In this document: piece by piece, positions 8,362 through 17,924 of the stretch
Position numbering within the stretch: position 1 is the first letter of the stretch
How the letters are laid out: every line of letters starts with the position of its first letter
IMG/VR virus record: IMGVR_UViG_3300020815_000001
Direction: 5' to 3' (one strand)
Origin: a virus
DNA length: 42,839 nucleotides
The notes under the pieces: model-generated
Told to the model about the DNA's origin: nothing
What the model saw: only the letters and a program-made list of their open reading frames with translations
The model's database searches: none
Position numbers and translations under genes: made by a program

Positions 8362-10562
8362 TACATGCCCCCCCCTAGCTGATTTAATAGCTCGTTGCTT
8401 CGGGATATACCTGCAATAACCCCCTCCTTGGTTGCGTCAGGAAGAGTGCTTGCAGAGGTCTGAACCGTAAGCGATGCAATACTAACATCAATGCTCCCGG
8501 GGCTTATGGCGTTGCCAGGCGCAGGAACGGTCATTGCGTTTCTTGTCATCCGCTGGGCGGCAATGGCCGACATTTTCCCCGAAACCTCTGAGCTGTAGTT
8601 GGCGGTCTTTTCACCCCATAGAGCTCGGTTAGGTCCGGCGTGGTGATGCTTGAACGCATCTTCCATGGATTCCCCCGCGTCCAGCCGCTGACGAAGCTGC
8701 ATGGCCGCCGCATCAATTGCCTGCGCCGGGTTTAGCGGATCAATTCCAAGGCTTTTTGCTGTCGGATCAAGGTACTGCATGATTCCTCGGGCCTTGCCCC
8801 ATTTGGTTTGTGAGCCAACTGCGTTAGGGTCAAACCTAGACTCCTGATGCGCCAAGGCAATCACGGCCTCGACCGGAACGCCATGCCTTGCAGCTGCCTT
8901 TTCAAACTCTTGGGCAAGCTCGGGCGGCGGCGTAAGGCCTGAAGCAGAAGGCATGTTTCTTGATTTCCCGCGGCTCGACTTGTTACCGCTTGAATCTGGC
9001 GCGCCGATCCAGTCTGGAAGGTTGTTTTTTAGCCATTGAAAGGCGTCCTTTGTCGCACTGGTTATCGAGCCATCAGAATCAGGATCTTTGCCGGCCATGG
9101 TGTCTATTGCCTCTGCAGCTCGCCCAGCGGCCGCCGAGCTTGCTCCAAGAAGAGTCCCCGCCATCTGAGAGGGGATGGCCTTTGCCAGATCGAGAGCATC
9201 GCTCCACCGGCCTTCCATCACCGCGCCTAGAAGCTCTACCATTGTTTTAAGAGCTGGTATTGAATCGTAAATGTCGCGGCCGAGCTGCTTAAAGGCGTTC
9301 GCCAGCCCGCGCACAGATACTCCATTTTCGTCAATGATCCCGTTATCCTTTAGCCAACCTGAAAATTCCTTTTGAGCATCGGCAAGCGAGTCATACCCAG
9401 TCAAAAGCCTAGAAAATCCTTTCGCCAGGTTGCCAACTGAAAAATTTGTGTTTTTGATGTAGGTGTTGAATTTCTCCCAATCAAATAGCGATTTCCCGCC
9501 GCTGGCCCATGTTTTGTAATCGTCGTAAAGAACGGCAAAGCCAGCAGCAAGAATTGCAACAACTGCGGCGGTTCCAAGGATTGGAGAAATCAGCGCAAGC
9601 ATGGCCAGGCCGGCCTTAATCAAAATAGGCAGAAGAACAACGCCGATGGCGATGGCCAGGCCTTCAAAAAGATTTCTTACCGTTCTCTCGTTTCGCGCCA
9701 AATAATCGAACCATCCAGAAACTACCTTTGTCATTTTCAGTAGAGAGGGAATCAGCGCATTGGCCAATATTGTTTTTAGGCCTTCCCACTGCGCAGACAG
9801 GAACGCTTGAGCGCGCCCCAGCTCGCGACTGATGCGTATTTCTGCCTCGCTTGATACATAGGCCTTCTTCTGCAGGTCTATCATCTCCTGCATTGCGTCA
9901 CGCCCCTGAATGAGGGTGTTGGCCACCCCTTCATCCAGCCCCATGGCAGACGCCAAAGCGTAAGCCTGTTGAGGGTCCATTTTAGAAAGCGAGTCGGCCA
10001 TATCCAGCAACACGTCATCCATTTCACGGATGCGGCCAGATGCGTCGACAACCCCCACGCCCAGCGCGCCAAAAAATGGAATCAGGGCGTCATTGCCCAT
10101 AAGAACCATCTCTTGGATGCCTTGGTTCAGGTTTTTCAACGTGCTTGTTGCGGATGCCCCGGAACCGCCAAGCGCCGCGACGGCTGCGTCTACACCCTTA
10201 ATATCGCGAGCAGCCATCCCTAGCCGCTTGGAAAGGAATCCAAGCTGGTCATTTGCATCAGAGATGGCAAGCGTGAATTTCTGCAGCGCGTTTGAGCCCG
10301 CAATGATCCCAAGGAAAGAAATGAGCTTTCGCGTAGCTGCAGCAATCGCCTGAATCTGGTCGGCAAAGGCCTTGCTAGACTCAGAAACCTCGCCGGACAT
10401 ATCGCGTATGCCGTCTCCGGCGTTTTTTGCCGCTTCCTCAGTTCCTTTTAGCGCGCCGCGCAGGCGCCTTTCGATGATCTCGGCTTGCCCAGCATCGGAT
10501 CGAAACTGGTCTAGCTCGATCTCGATTCGCATTATCAGCTCATCGACTGTTACTGAGTTCAA
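8361..10562 (-). CDS. Tape measure protein with C-terminal lytic transglycosylase (SLT) domain
   Basis: 733 aa with a helical, Ala/Gly-rich body and central TM-like stretch. The C-terminus carries ALAHQESRFDPNAVG...ARGIMQY. TTG start at 10562 with SD AAGGA; an alternative ATG lies at 10532. Confidence 0.8.
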   Translation of the reverse strand: MNSVTVDELIMRIEIELDQFRSDAGQAEIIERRLRGALKGTEEAAKNAGDGIRDMSGEVSESSKAFADQIQAIAAATRKLISFLGIIAGSNALQKFTLAISDANDQLGFLSKRLGMAARDIKGVDAAVAALGGSGASATSTLKNLNQGIQEMVLMGNDALIPFFGALGVGVVDASGRIREMDDVLLDMADSLSKMDPQQAYALASAMGLDEGVANTLIQGRDAMQEMIDLQKKAYVSSEAEIRISRELGRAQAFLSAQWEGLKTILANALIPSLLKMTKVVSGWFDYLARNERTVRNLFEGLAIAIGVVLLPILIKAGLAMLALISPILGTAAVVAILAAGFAVLYDDYKTWASGGKSLFDWEKFNTYIKNTNFSVGNLAKGFSRLLTGYDSLADAQKEFSGWLKDNGIIDENGVSVRGLANAFKQLGRDIYDSIPALKTMVELLGAVMEGRWSDALDLAKAIPSQMAGTLLGASSAAAGRAAEAIDTMAGKDPDSDGSITSATKDAFQWLKNNLPDWIGAPDSSGNKSSRGKSRNMPSASGLTPPPELAQEFEKAAARHGVPVEAVIALAHQESRFDPNAVGSQTKWGKARGIMQYLDPTAKSLGIDPLNPAQAIDAAAMQLRQRLDAGESMEDAFKHHHAGPNRALWGEKTANYSSEVSGKMSAIAAQRMTRNAMTVPAPGNAISPGSIDVSIASLTVQTSASTLPDATKEGVIAGISRSNELLNQLGGGM

Positions 10563-10755
10563 TTTCTAATTCCTTGAGAAGTGCTTTGTTATGCTGCGAA
10601 ACCTGATGAAATTCTATCAAGTTCAGTGCGTCCTCAAGCGTCAGGTGCGTATCAAGATCGGCGTAAGTAGCCAGTCCATTATCAAGAACATAATAGGCCT
10701 GGCTACTTAGGTTTACACACCTTGCAAAAGCCTCTTGATTCAGAGGCATTTGCAA
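10540..10755 (-). CDS. Tail assembly chaperone, downstream frame (probably expressed as the -1 frameshift extension of 10770..11198)
   Basis: This frame stays open upstream across the stop of the preceding ORF back to the T_TTT_TTA heptamer at 10791..10797. Confidence 0.6.
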   Translation of the reverse strand: MQMPLNQEAFARCVNLSSQAYYVLDNGLATYADLDTHLTLEDALNLIEFHQVSQHNKALLKELEIELSNSR

Positions 10756-10769
10756 CCCTTCTTTTTTGA

Positions 10770-11198
10770 TTACTGGGTAACGCCTGCCGTTAAAAAATCC
10801 AAATTGACCTTGATGGATTCAATGCGCAGCTTCCACAGAGTATTGATGCTGCTAACGTCTGTCTCCAGCAAAAGGCCTCGCTCAGATCCATCGGGAAGAC
10901 GCAGCTTAACATCCTGCAAAACCTCTTCCAGCAGCCCCTGTGCAACGGAGTCATCGACGCCGCCCAGTGCCTTTAGGGCAATGTTCAGGACGCCAGACAT
11001 ATCCATAAGGCCGCGGAAAACCGTCTCGCCATCGTCGCCCCGGGTAATCAGCCCGGAAACATCTACCCCCGACTTGCACAAGGCAAGGGCGACGCGGTTC
11101 GCCCATCGGTCGCCGCGCAACAAAGGCATTTTCTTAACGACAAAGGTTTTGCCGGCGTCCGCGCCACTCTCAATGGTTACGTCCTTAGTGGTAATCAA
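10770..11198 (-). CDS. Tail assembly chaperone
   Basis: 142 aa between the tube and tape measure genes. TTG start overlaps the tube stop (TTGA). A slippery heptamer lies 21 nt before its stop. Confidence 0.65.
   Translation of the reverse strand: MITTKDVTIESGADAGKTFVVKKMPLLRGDRWANRVALALCKSGVDVSGLITRGDDGETVFRGLMDMSGVLNIALKALGGVDDSVAQGLLEEVLQDVKLRLPDGSERGLLLETDVSSINTLWKLRIESIKVNLDFLTAGVTQ
10791..10797 (-). promoter_or_regulatory. -1 programmed ribosomal frameshift heptamer T_TTT_TTA
   Basis: Zero frame reads GAT TTT TTA ACG. The -1 frame reads TTT TTT AAC GGC AGG ... CAA ATG CCT with no stop, running into ORF 10540..10755. Confidence 0.6.
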
Positions 11199-11644
11199 TT
11201 GATACCCTCTTCGCCGTTGATAACCATGTTAAACACGTACTGCGTGCCGTTAATGAGCTTCTGAGCGGACGGGCCGCCGCTCTGACTCACAAGAAAACCA
11301 CTTGCTTGGATGCGACGCCCAATAGAAGGGATCGTAACGTCAAGGGTGCACACCGCAGTTTCCTGGTTCGCGTTACACCATGCGCGGAAATCTTCCATGC
11401 TTGCGCGGCTTGGGCTGTTTGCCTCAAGGAAGACCGTAACCGGGATTTCGTGAGAAACCCAACCGCCCGACTGCTTGCCGTCAACACCAATGCGGGTCTC
11501 GCCCGTGGTCGCATCGCCAAAGCTGAATGCGTTATCAACCTGGTATCCCTGCAAGCGGATGGCCTGATCGAAATAACCCGCAGCCGTGAACAGAACTACG
11601 CTGTTGGCTGCCGTGATAGTGCGGGGATTTTGTCCCTGTGCCAT
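11195..11644 (-). CDS. Tail tube protein
   Basis: 149 aa directly after the sheath gene and before the chaperones. Confidence 0.65.
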   Translation of the reverse strand: MAQGQNPRTITAANSVVLFTAAGYFDQAIRLQGYQVDNAFSFGDATTGETRIGVDGKQSGGWVSHEIPVTVFLEANSPSRASMEDFRAWCNANQETAVCTLDVTIPSIGRRIQASGFLVSQSGGPSAQKLINGTQYVFNMVINGEEGIN

Positions 11645-11656
11645 GATAAATGCCCC

Positions 11657-13129
11657 TTATTGAACGTTGATGGATGCCATGTTTACGCTTTGAACGCTGC
11701 CGCCGTCCGTGTACCAGAAGGTAAACGGGAAGCTACCGCGAAGGCCTCGCGTCTGTGCGTCCGGGATCTTAATGTCAATGGCCCAACCCTTAGAAAGCAG
11801 GGTCGGGATAATGTCATATCCGGCCTGGGTGTTGATGATCGACTTCTGCTGATTGCTGAGCGCGGAAGGATCAACCAGCGGGACAATGCCGCCGAAGTTG
11901 AGCATTTCCTGAATAGGGTCAGCAGCCGCGGCGCGATGGTAGGCCAGGCCTTCTTGGTTGTACGGAATAAAACCGTAATTGGTAAGCATGGTCATCATGG
12001 CCAGCTGGAACTGAGCGTTCAGGTAAATCTGATTTACGTAGTTGTCGAGCCACTTGAACTGGCCAGACACAGCGCCGTTCACGTTAAAGCGGAACTCATC
12101 GTTCGCCGTTGCAAATTCGCCGTAGAAGGTGTAGCCGTTGCTCATCAGAGCGGTGTAATCAGCCTCATCGCTGATTGTGGCGGCGATGCCGGATTGCTTC
12201 ATAAACATGATGTTGCGACGGCCGTTGGTGCGCTTGAAGTCAATGGCCGCGATGCCGCCGCACAGTGCAGCAACCTGCTCAACTGTGCCGTAGTAAGGGG
12301 TTGTGCCGTTTTGCTCGGTCTCAGAAAGCCATGCGCCAAAGCTTGCCGCATTGTTCGCCACAAGCGCGGAACCCTGGTTATCCAAGCCAACAAAGGCAAA
12401 CCGGCTGTTTTGAAGCGTGGTCCATTCCGCGAAATCCTCAAGCTTTGCACGCTCTTGCTGAGACGCGTGGGTAATTACACCGAAGTTTTGCGTATTGTTT
12501 AGAGCCATGGCCATCAGCTCTGCGGCGGTAGCAACACCCCGGCCGCCTTCTTTTTTGGCGCCTGCCGCCTGATCCAGCTTGAGCGAAATTCCGGCCGGCC
12601 CCGATGCAAAGCTAATGTTGGCAGTGGTGCCAGTGTCGATTGTGTTGAGCTCAAAGCATTGCTGCTGCTCGTTGAAATCGCCTACAAAATTGCTCGTATC
12701 AGTCAGCAGCGCAGCGGCCTCAGAAAAGCTCGTTACCGCAGAGAAGTTTACAGGCACCGTGATAGGAGAGCCGTCTACAGTTACGATCAGATCGCCCGTG
12801 ACGGTCTTCAGTTGCTCAAGCGTCATAGAGCGAACGCTACCACCACGCAGAATGGCTGGAAGGGCGGCAGCAGGGCTCTCCGTAACGTACAGAGCGCTTG
12901 GAATGCGGGTTGCTCCGTCATAGCCAAGGAAGTATCGCCCTGCAAATTTGTACTCGGGCGAGGTAAGGCCGAAGAATGCGCCTACCTCTGCCGCGCTGCC
13001 GAATTGCTGTACGCCAATCACACGCTCGGTTGAGCCGGTAATTAGCAGCGTATTCATCGCCAGCGGATTCCCACCCGTACCGATAGCGGACGGGTTGATA
13101 GTGACAATGCGACTTGCCGGAATAGACAT
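11657..13129 (-). CDS. Tail sheath protein (DUF3383-type)
   Basis: 490 aa, the first gene of the tube-chaperone-TMP block, with size and order typical of a contractile tail. Confidence 0.7.
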   Translation of the reverse strand: MSIPASRIVTINPSAIGTGGNPLAMNTLLITGSTERVIGVQQFGSAAEVGAFFGLTSPEYKFAGRYFLGYDGATRIPSALYVTESPAAALPAILRGGSVRSMTLEQLKTVTGDLIVTVDGSPITVPVNFSAVTSFSEAAALLTDTSNFVGDFNEQQQCFELNTIDTGTTANISFASGPAGISLKLDQAAGAKKEGGRGVATAAELMAMALNNTQNFGVITHASQQERAKLEDFAEWTTLQNSRFAFVGLDNQGSALVANNAASFGAWLSETEQNGTTPYYGTVEQVAALCGGIAAIDFKRTNGRRNIMFMKQSGIAATISDEADYTALMSNGYTFYGEFATANDEFRFNVNGAVSGQFKWLDNYVNQIYLNAQFQLAMMTMLTNYGFIPYNQEGLAYHRAAAADPIQEMLNFGGIVPLVDPSALSNQQKSIINTQAGYDIIPTLLSKGWAIDIKIPDAQTRGLRGSFPFTFWYTDGGSVQSVNMASINVQ

Positions 13130-13131
13130 AT

Positions 13132-13638
13132 TCAGTCTCCAGGGACAGGTTTTATAGTGACGCCAGCACGATCAGTATAATCCTGCGCGACGTTTACTTG
13201 TGGATTGTATTGCAGGCCGAGGTCCGTTATCCAACGATCCTCATATTGTTTTGACTCGTTGATGTAGGGAAGTCGCCGATGAGACTGAACATATAGCGGC
13301 TGGCACAAATTAAGCCTTTCGCACGCGTAGCCGCTTCTCCACAGGTTTGCAACTACACGGCTCCTTTCGCCAGCCATTGCCCCGTAGAAGTCAATTTGAA
13401 AGCGAACCTCTGTCGAGTTCTGAATTGCCGCCTCGGTCGGGGGCAGGAATGTCACGCTTGGCTGATCTAGCGGCGTGTCAAAAAGGATTTGCATTACCAC
13501 GGCATTCACGGGAAGCGGGTTATCGTTTTCAAACTGAGCAGCTTGAACAACTTGAAGTTCTGAGCCCGGGAAAAGCCCGAGTAAAAACGATCGGACCTCC
13601 TTGTAAATTTCGGCATAGGTTATGTTCAGGACCGGCAT
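13132..13638 (-). CDS. Neck / tail terminator-like protein
   Basis: 168 aa from ATG 13638; the ORF-track start at 13656 is TTG. It lies between the head-tail joining genes and the sheath. Confidence 0.4.
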   Translation of the reverse strand: MPVLNITYAEIYKEVRSFLLGLFPGSELQVVQAAQFENDNPLPVNAVVMQILFDTPLDQPSVTFLPPTEAAIQNSTEVRFQIDFYGAMAGERSRVVANLWRSGYACERLNLCQPLYVQSHRRLPYINESKQYEDRWITDLGLQYNPQVNVAQDYTDRAGVTIKPVPGD

Positions 13639-14006
13639 GAAATCACCCGCGTCCAATTTGCAAAAGACTCAGCCACTTGATCTACAACCCATATTGCCGG
13701 ATCTTCTTCGCCATAAGCAGGAAAAATGAAGCGCGATGAACCTTTTTGAATCCAGCGGCGAATGCCGTCAATTGATCCGAAGGCGTAAAGTGAGATGAAC
13801 TCGCCCTGTTTGTTTATGAGGTCAAGATTGTATCGCTCTGTCGATGAAAGAGACTGAGTTTGAACCTCAATCAACTGAGATTCTCGGGCCGCAATTTGTT
13901 TGCCATATTCGTCAACCGTGAATCCGGTGCTCACTTCAAGTGTGACCACCTGATTAGGATTTACGTTCTGTGTGGCCATATTGGCCAGGCCACGAACATT
14001 AATCAT
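13626..14006 (-). CDS. Head-tail joining protein
   Basis: 126 aa, with an ATGA overlap with the upstream gene. The call rests on gene order. Confidence 0.4.
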   Translation of the reverse strand: MINVRGLANMATQNVNPNQVVTLEVSTGFTVDEYGKQIAARESQLIEVQTQSLSSTERYNLDLINKQGEFISLYAFGSIDGIRRWIQKGSSRFIFPAYGEEDPAIWVVDQVAESFANWTRVISCRS

Positions 14007-14407
14007 TGATCCACCTCGTAACTAAATGAATTGCGTAGAAGCTTGTCGTTTGCGCGCAGCGGCGCATCATATCCCTTTGCGTCAATCGTGCTCTGAGCGT
14101 TTCCCGGGTCGGCCCAAGTCATAACCGACTCTTTTAGCTCATCACTCATGTGCTCGCCAACAAGCCTTAGTACGACTTCAGGGTCATTCTCTTTCAAGAG
14201 AGATGCAATCATCTGCGGGAGAACATCCCTGTTTTTTGCGATTGCCGATCTGAAAAACGGCCTTGAGTATCGGCCGTATTCGTTGATGTAGCCTACCGTT
14301 GACACCTTCATTCCGTCAGGATAGGTGGCGGTTTTTATGATGCCGACTTTTACGCCAAGCGATCCTTTGGATCTGAACCTGTCGAGCATGTCGGTCAACT
14401 TTGTCAT
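14003..14407 (-). CDS. HK97 gp10-like head-closure/neck protein
   Basis: 134 aa from the internal ATG 14407, which forms an ATGA overlap with the DUF4054 gene stop. The longer ORF-track form would overlap that gene by about 300 nt. Confidence 0.5.
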   Translation of the reverse strand: MTKLTDMLDRFRSKGSLGVKVGIIKTATYPDGMKVSTVGYINEYGRYSRPFFRSAIAKNRDVLPQMIASLLKENDPEVVLRLVGEHMSDELKESVMTWADPGNAQSTIDAKGYDAPLRANDKLLRNSFSYEVDQ

Positions 14408-14847
14408 GTGATATACGTCCTTTGAACCGGCATAGGGGCGATGCCAAGCCGGTACATAGCAGAGCGGTACTTTTTGGTTAGCTGCCAGTACATGGCGCCC
14501 CATGGGGTTTGCAGATACCAGCGTTCGTTGTTGCCCATGGTCCCGTAGTCCAGCGACACGGAAACCGTTCCCTCCGTGGCACTTGAGATGCGCCCAACGA
14601 TGTTGTTTCCCTTTTCTGCCGATCCTGTAATCGTGGCAATGTGAGCAACCAACAGATAAAGCATGCGCTTGCGGGACTTCAGGTCTTTTACAAGGCTGCA
14701 CTTTGTATTATCGAGGAAGGTTTCCGCCATGGCGAAGTAATCCTCAAGCTGCTCATCAGTCGCTTTGACAGTCGGATACAGCCGCTTGAATTCGTCGGGG
14801 TAGAAAATAACCACGCCGTCAATCGCGAGAACTACTTCATCAGCCAT
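14404..14847 (-). CDS. DUF4054-like head-tail connector protein
   Basis: 147 aa. The pattern FKRLYPTVKATDEQLEDYFAMAETFLD is typical of DUF4054 adaptors. Confidence 0.5.
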   Translation of the reverse strand: MADEVVLAIDGVVIFYPDEFKRLYPTVKATDEQLEDYFAMAETFLDNTKCSLVKDLKSRKRMLYLLVAHIATITGSAEKGNNIVGRISSATEGTVSVSLDYGTMGNNERWYLQTPWGAMYWQLTKKYRSAMYRLGIAPMPVQRTYIT

Positions 14848-14849
14848 GG

Positions 14850-15182
14850 TTATGCGTCCGATTTTCCGAGTACGCCAGCCTTGTCAGTTTCTTTGATTTG
14901 TGGCAACTGCTCATGCCCGGACTTCTTTTCTTTTTCGTCTTTCGCTTTGTCAACGGCGCGCTTTTCGCCAGACTCGGCAAAGATGATGCCGCTTGTTACG
15001 AGCTTGGATTCCGCATGCTCTTTGCTCCAGGCATCCCAAAGGCTTTCAGGAACTTCGCGAGTGATGCCGTGCGAAAGCCCAGCAATCTCGTTGTTGTTCC
15101 AGCCATTGATGCGAACCCGGGTTTCGCCTTGCTGCATGATGATGCCGTTTGGAAGCTTGCAACCAATAGTTACCGTGGTCAT
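14850..15182 (-). CDS. Hypothetical head-associated protein
   Basis: 110 aa with a Lys/Glu-rich C-terminus, downstream of the major capsid gene. Confidence 0.4.
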   Translation of the reverse strand: MTTVTIGCKLPNGIIMQQGETRVRINGWNNNEIAGLSHGITREVPESLWDAWSKEHAESKLVTSGIIFAESGEKRAVDKAKDEKEKKSGHEQLPQIKETDKAGVLGKSDA

Positions 15183-15202
15183 CTATAAAACTCCTGAGTT
15201 AG

Positions 15203-15222
15203 GGCAGGGCCGAAGCCCTGCC
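15203..15222 (-). promoter_or_regulatory. GC-rich UUCG-tetraloop hairpin just after the major capsid gene (mRNA stabiliser or partial terminator)
   Basis: Minus-sense GGCAGGGC-UUCG-GCCCUGCC, an 8-bp perfect stem 8 nt after the capsid stop. No U-tract follows. Confidence 0.5.
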
Positions 15223-15229
15223 GCAAAGT

Positions 15230-16246
15230 TTAGATTGTTACCAGAGCGCTGGCTACAAACATCGGGCGATAGATGATTGTCCCCACGGTGCCTTGGGAAC
15301 GCTTCTGGCGCCAGGAAGACAAGCCAAGCACCATAGGGTGCACACGCATTTTTTCGGTAAAGGTCGGCTCTACGGTATCAACACCCTCATAGTTCTTCAC
15401 TACAAGCTTGATCGCCTCGCCAGCATCCGTAGACATTTCCGGCGCGGTTTCAACCGTCAGGCGCGGGAAGTTTTTGCGGATCTGATCGCTCACGTTCACG
15501 TTGTACATGTTGGTGCGCGTGAAAGCAGCTTCGGCTTGCGGGGAAAGAACGAGGATCATTTCCGAGTTGCGATCTACCAAACCGCCTGTTTGACTGACCA
15601 ACTCAGTGTAAAGCTTGGCGATGCCGTCATATACAACCTGTCCGTCTTGGTTGAGCCAAGTTGGCAGGGTGATAGACGCCAGCAACGAAGGGTCGTTCAG
15701 GAAGCCCCAGTTGCGCAGACCAGATACGCCGTAAAAGTAGGACTTGTTCTGAAACTTGTTCAAAGCCAGAGCCGCACTGATTTGCTTGCGAGTTACCCAG
15801 TCCAGCTTAGCCGCGCCAGCACGGGCAACCTCACGCTCGCCCAGCTCTACAATGGTCTGGTAGAAGTACGTGTCGCGAACTTCCCAGTTCACGTTGGCGT
15901 TGCTCATGCCGTTTTCAGAGAAGTCATCGTAAGACGACGTTTCGCCGGTCGATTCTGCAATCGGGAACTGCAGGTAATCGTCAGTCCATGAACCTTTTTT
16001 GGTTTCGCCAAAAATCTGCGCAGCCTTCATTGGCTCGACCAGTACCTCGATAACCCGAGGGTCAACGTAGGTCGTGAAGGTCGAGAGGATACCGGCGTTA
16101 GGCGCTGTCAGAAGGGGCGCAGAGTCGCCAACCGTGCCGCGAATTTCCTGGTTCAGTCGAGCTCGGTCCTGCTCGCTCAGAACGCTCGGGGCGTAACCGG
16201 TGGCAAACACGATGCCCGCGTTTTGATTCAAATCGTGCAGATTCAT
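15230..16246 (-). CDS. Major capsid protein (DUF2184-type)
   Basis: 338 aa, following the protease/scaffold and decoration-like genes. Its size and position fit a major capsid protein. Confidence 0.7.
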   Translation of the reverse strand: MNLHDLNQNAGIVFATGYAPSVLSEQDRARLNQEIRGTVGDSAPLLTAPNAGILSTFTTYVDPRVIEVLVEPMKAAQIFGETKKGSWTDDYLQFPIAESTGETSSYDDFSENGMSNANVNWEVRDTYFYQTIVELGEREVARAGAAKLDWVTRKQISAALALNKFQNKSYFYGVSGLRNWGFLNDPSLLASITLPTWLNQDGQVVYDGIAKLYTELVSQTGGLVDRNSEMILVLSPQAEAAFTRTNMYNVNVSDQIRKNFPRLTVETAPEMSTDAGEAIKLVVKNYEGVDTVEPTFTEKMRVHPMVLGLSSWRQKRSQGTVGTIIYRPMFVASALVTI

Positions 16247-16255
16247 GCTGCCCCC

Positions 16256-16723
16256 TTAGATCGAGAATCGAGTGATTTTGACAAGAGCGCCAGCTTCGGC
16301 GGCCTCGGCAAAAACAAAGTTGGTTGCTTGTGCGCTGGTAGCAGCGGCAGCAACGGCGCCCGTAGCGTCCAGAGCGTAGACCGGATCGTTTGGCTCTACC
16401 GCAGCAGGAGCAACCGCATAGAAGTCGCCAGCAGAGAACAAGTCTACTTCCTTACCTGTCGGGATAATCATGCTTGCAGATTGACCCAGCGACACAACGG
16501 CTTGGTTGTTGCGATGAACGAAACCGACGCGCAGCCCAGCAGTGAAAGTGCCTGCAACCTTACCGGTTTTTAAGTCGGCAAATGCGAACTGACCAACTGT
16601 CAGGGGCTGGCCAGCCACAAGAGAGCCTTCGCCAGCAAGCATGCTATTGCGAGGGTTGGTCGATGCAAAGTCGCCGGCCACGCCGCGGGGCAGGTCTCGG
16701 TTCAATGTTTTTTGAAAGCTCAT
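16256..16723 (-). CDS. Capsid decoration/cement-like structural protein
   Basis: 155 aa, Ala/Gly-rich, between the DUF2213-like and capsid genes. Confidence 0.4.
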   Translation of the reverse strand: MSFQKTLNRDLPRGVAGDFASTNPRNSMLAGEGSLVAGQPLTVGQFAFADLKTGKVAGTFTAGLRVGFVHRNNQAVVSLGQSASMIIPTGKEVDLFSAGDFYAVAPAAVEPNDPVYALDATGAVAAAATSAQATNFVFAEAAEAGALVKITRFSI

Positions 16724-16727
16724 GTTG

Positions 16728-17924
16728 TTACCCCTGCTTGAAACGGTTGGTAAGAGTGGATGGCGCGGAGTCGGCCACAGTGGTGCGAACGATCTTCGCT
16801 TCGCGTTGCATGGAGACCAGCGCCTTCAAGCCCGCCTCGTTAACGCCATCGCAAGCGACACCACGCTGTTTCAGAGCGTAGGTGTAGATCGCAGCGGCAT
16901 CAGGGAAGCTATCGCAGGCAATGCGGCCGACGATGCTTTCAACCGCATCACGCGCTGCATACTTCGCTTCCAGCTTTTTACCTACAGCATCGGCGATTGC
17001 ATCGGCGTCCATTGCGGTGGATCGCTTATCGTCGCGCTTTTCATCGCGGTCGTCGCGGTCGGTTTCTTCCAGCTTTTTGCGTTGAGCTTCGGCGACCGGG
17101 CCTTTGTCTTCGTCCATGGCGGGTGGAGTGGTGCCATCTTCATCACGGGCAACAGCCTCGCCGCCGATCAGCTTAACAACCTCATCAAAGTTGTCGCCAA
17201 CCAGTGCGCGCAAAGCGTCTTCGTCAAATGCAGGCTTGTGCTCGATGTTTTCCGCAACCTCGCGAATAACTTCTTCCTCAACACCGTCCGTCATGCCATC
17301 TTGCGCAATGGAGCGCAGGCGGGCAGTAACCAGCGCCAGGGCGCCTTTTTTAAGTTTCATATTCAGCCTCATTTCAAGGGGTAGTGAATCGCTAATTACT
17401 GCGTCCCTGCCGATTCTACCACGCTCGACGAGCGCAGTATGATTTCCGTGGATGTTGCGCATTACGCCATCAAAAGGCTTGCCTTCAAACTCGCCGGGCG
17501 TCATGTCCGGATCGAAGTAATAAGACGATGACAGTTGCTCCATCTTTCCGGATTCAATTAAGCCTATCGCTTCCTCATCCCAAAAAGTGAGGTCCGCATA
17601 AAGCTTTCCATCAAGATATTCAATGTCAGAGCCGATGGCGCCAACCGTATGTTCTTTGCCAGGGCTTTTAGCGTCGACATAGACGTGCTTAAAAAGAAGT
17701 TGCTTGCCCTTGAATGTATCGGCTGATTTCTCAAGCTCTTCAGGGTCGCGCAACATTTGATAGATGCGGTCGGGATCAAGGCCAAGCTTTTCAAAGCCTG
17801 GTATCTCTCGCCCAAAATACGGGTCTATCTGCGCCTTGCTGATAACTGTCCGCGCAACGCGCAAGTGTCCGCTTTCGTCTATTGAGCGGACAGATGAATC
17901 AAAAGCAATGCTTCGGACTACCAT
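16728..17924 (-). CDS. DUF2213-like prohead protease/scaffold protein
   Basis: The N-terminal part (..DESGHLRVARTVISKAQIDPYFGREIPGFEKLGLDP..) is typical of DUF2213, and the C-terminus is acidic and helical. ATG at 17924; the ORF-track TTG lies at 17948. Confidence 0.6.
   Translation of the reverse strand: MVVRSIAFDSSVRSIDESGHLRVARTVISKAQIDPYFGREIPGFEKLGLDPDRIYQMLRDPEELEKSADTFKGKQLLFKHVYVDAKSPGKEHTVGAIGSDIEYLDGKLYADLTFWDEEAIGLIESGKMEQLSSSYYFDPDMTPGEFEGKPFDGVMRNIHGNHTALVERGRIGRDAVISDSLPLEMRLNMKLKKGALALVTARLRSIAQDGMTDGVEEEVIREVAENIEHKPAFDEDALRALVGDNFDEVVKLIGGEAVARDEDGTTPPAMDEDKGPVAEAQRKKLEETDRDDRDEKRDDKRSTAMDADAIADAVGKKLEAKYAARDAVESIVGRIACDSFPDAAAIYTYALKQRGVACDGVNEAGLKALVSMQREAKIVRTTVADSAPSTLTNRFKQG

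Noticed and set aside
11306-12502. 398-aa plus-strand ORF, the longest plus-strand ORF in the late region
   Set aside because: It lies entirely antisense to the tail tube and sheath genes, which are supported by order, coupling and size. Its Arg/Ala/Val-rich composition is typical of the antisense frame of GC-rich coding DNA, and it has no SD.
14408-14701. Long form of ORF 14003..14701
   Set aside because: It would overlap the DUF4054 gene by about 300 nt. The internal ATG at 14407 gives the canonical ATGA coupling and an HK97 gp10-like size.
15293-15991. 232-aa plus-strand ORF
   Set aside because: It is antisense to the major capsid gene, with the same compositional artefact and no operon context on the plus strand.
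16722-17384. 220-aa plus-strand ORF
   Set aside because: It is antisense to the DUF2213-like protease/scaffold gene.
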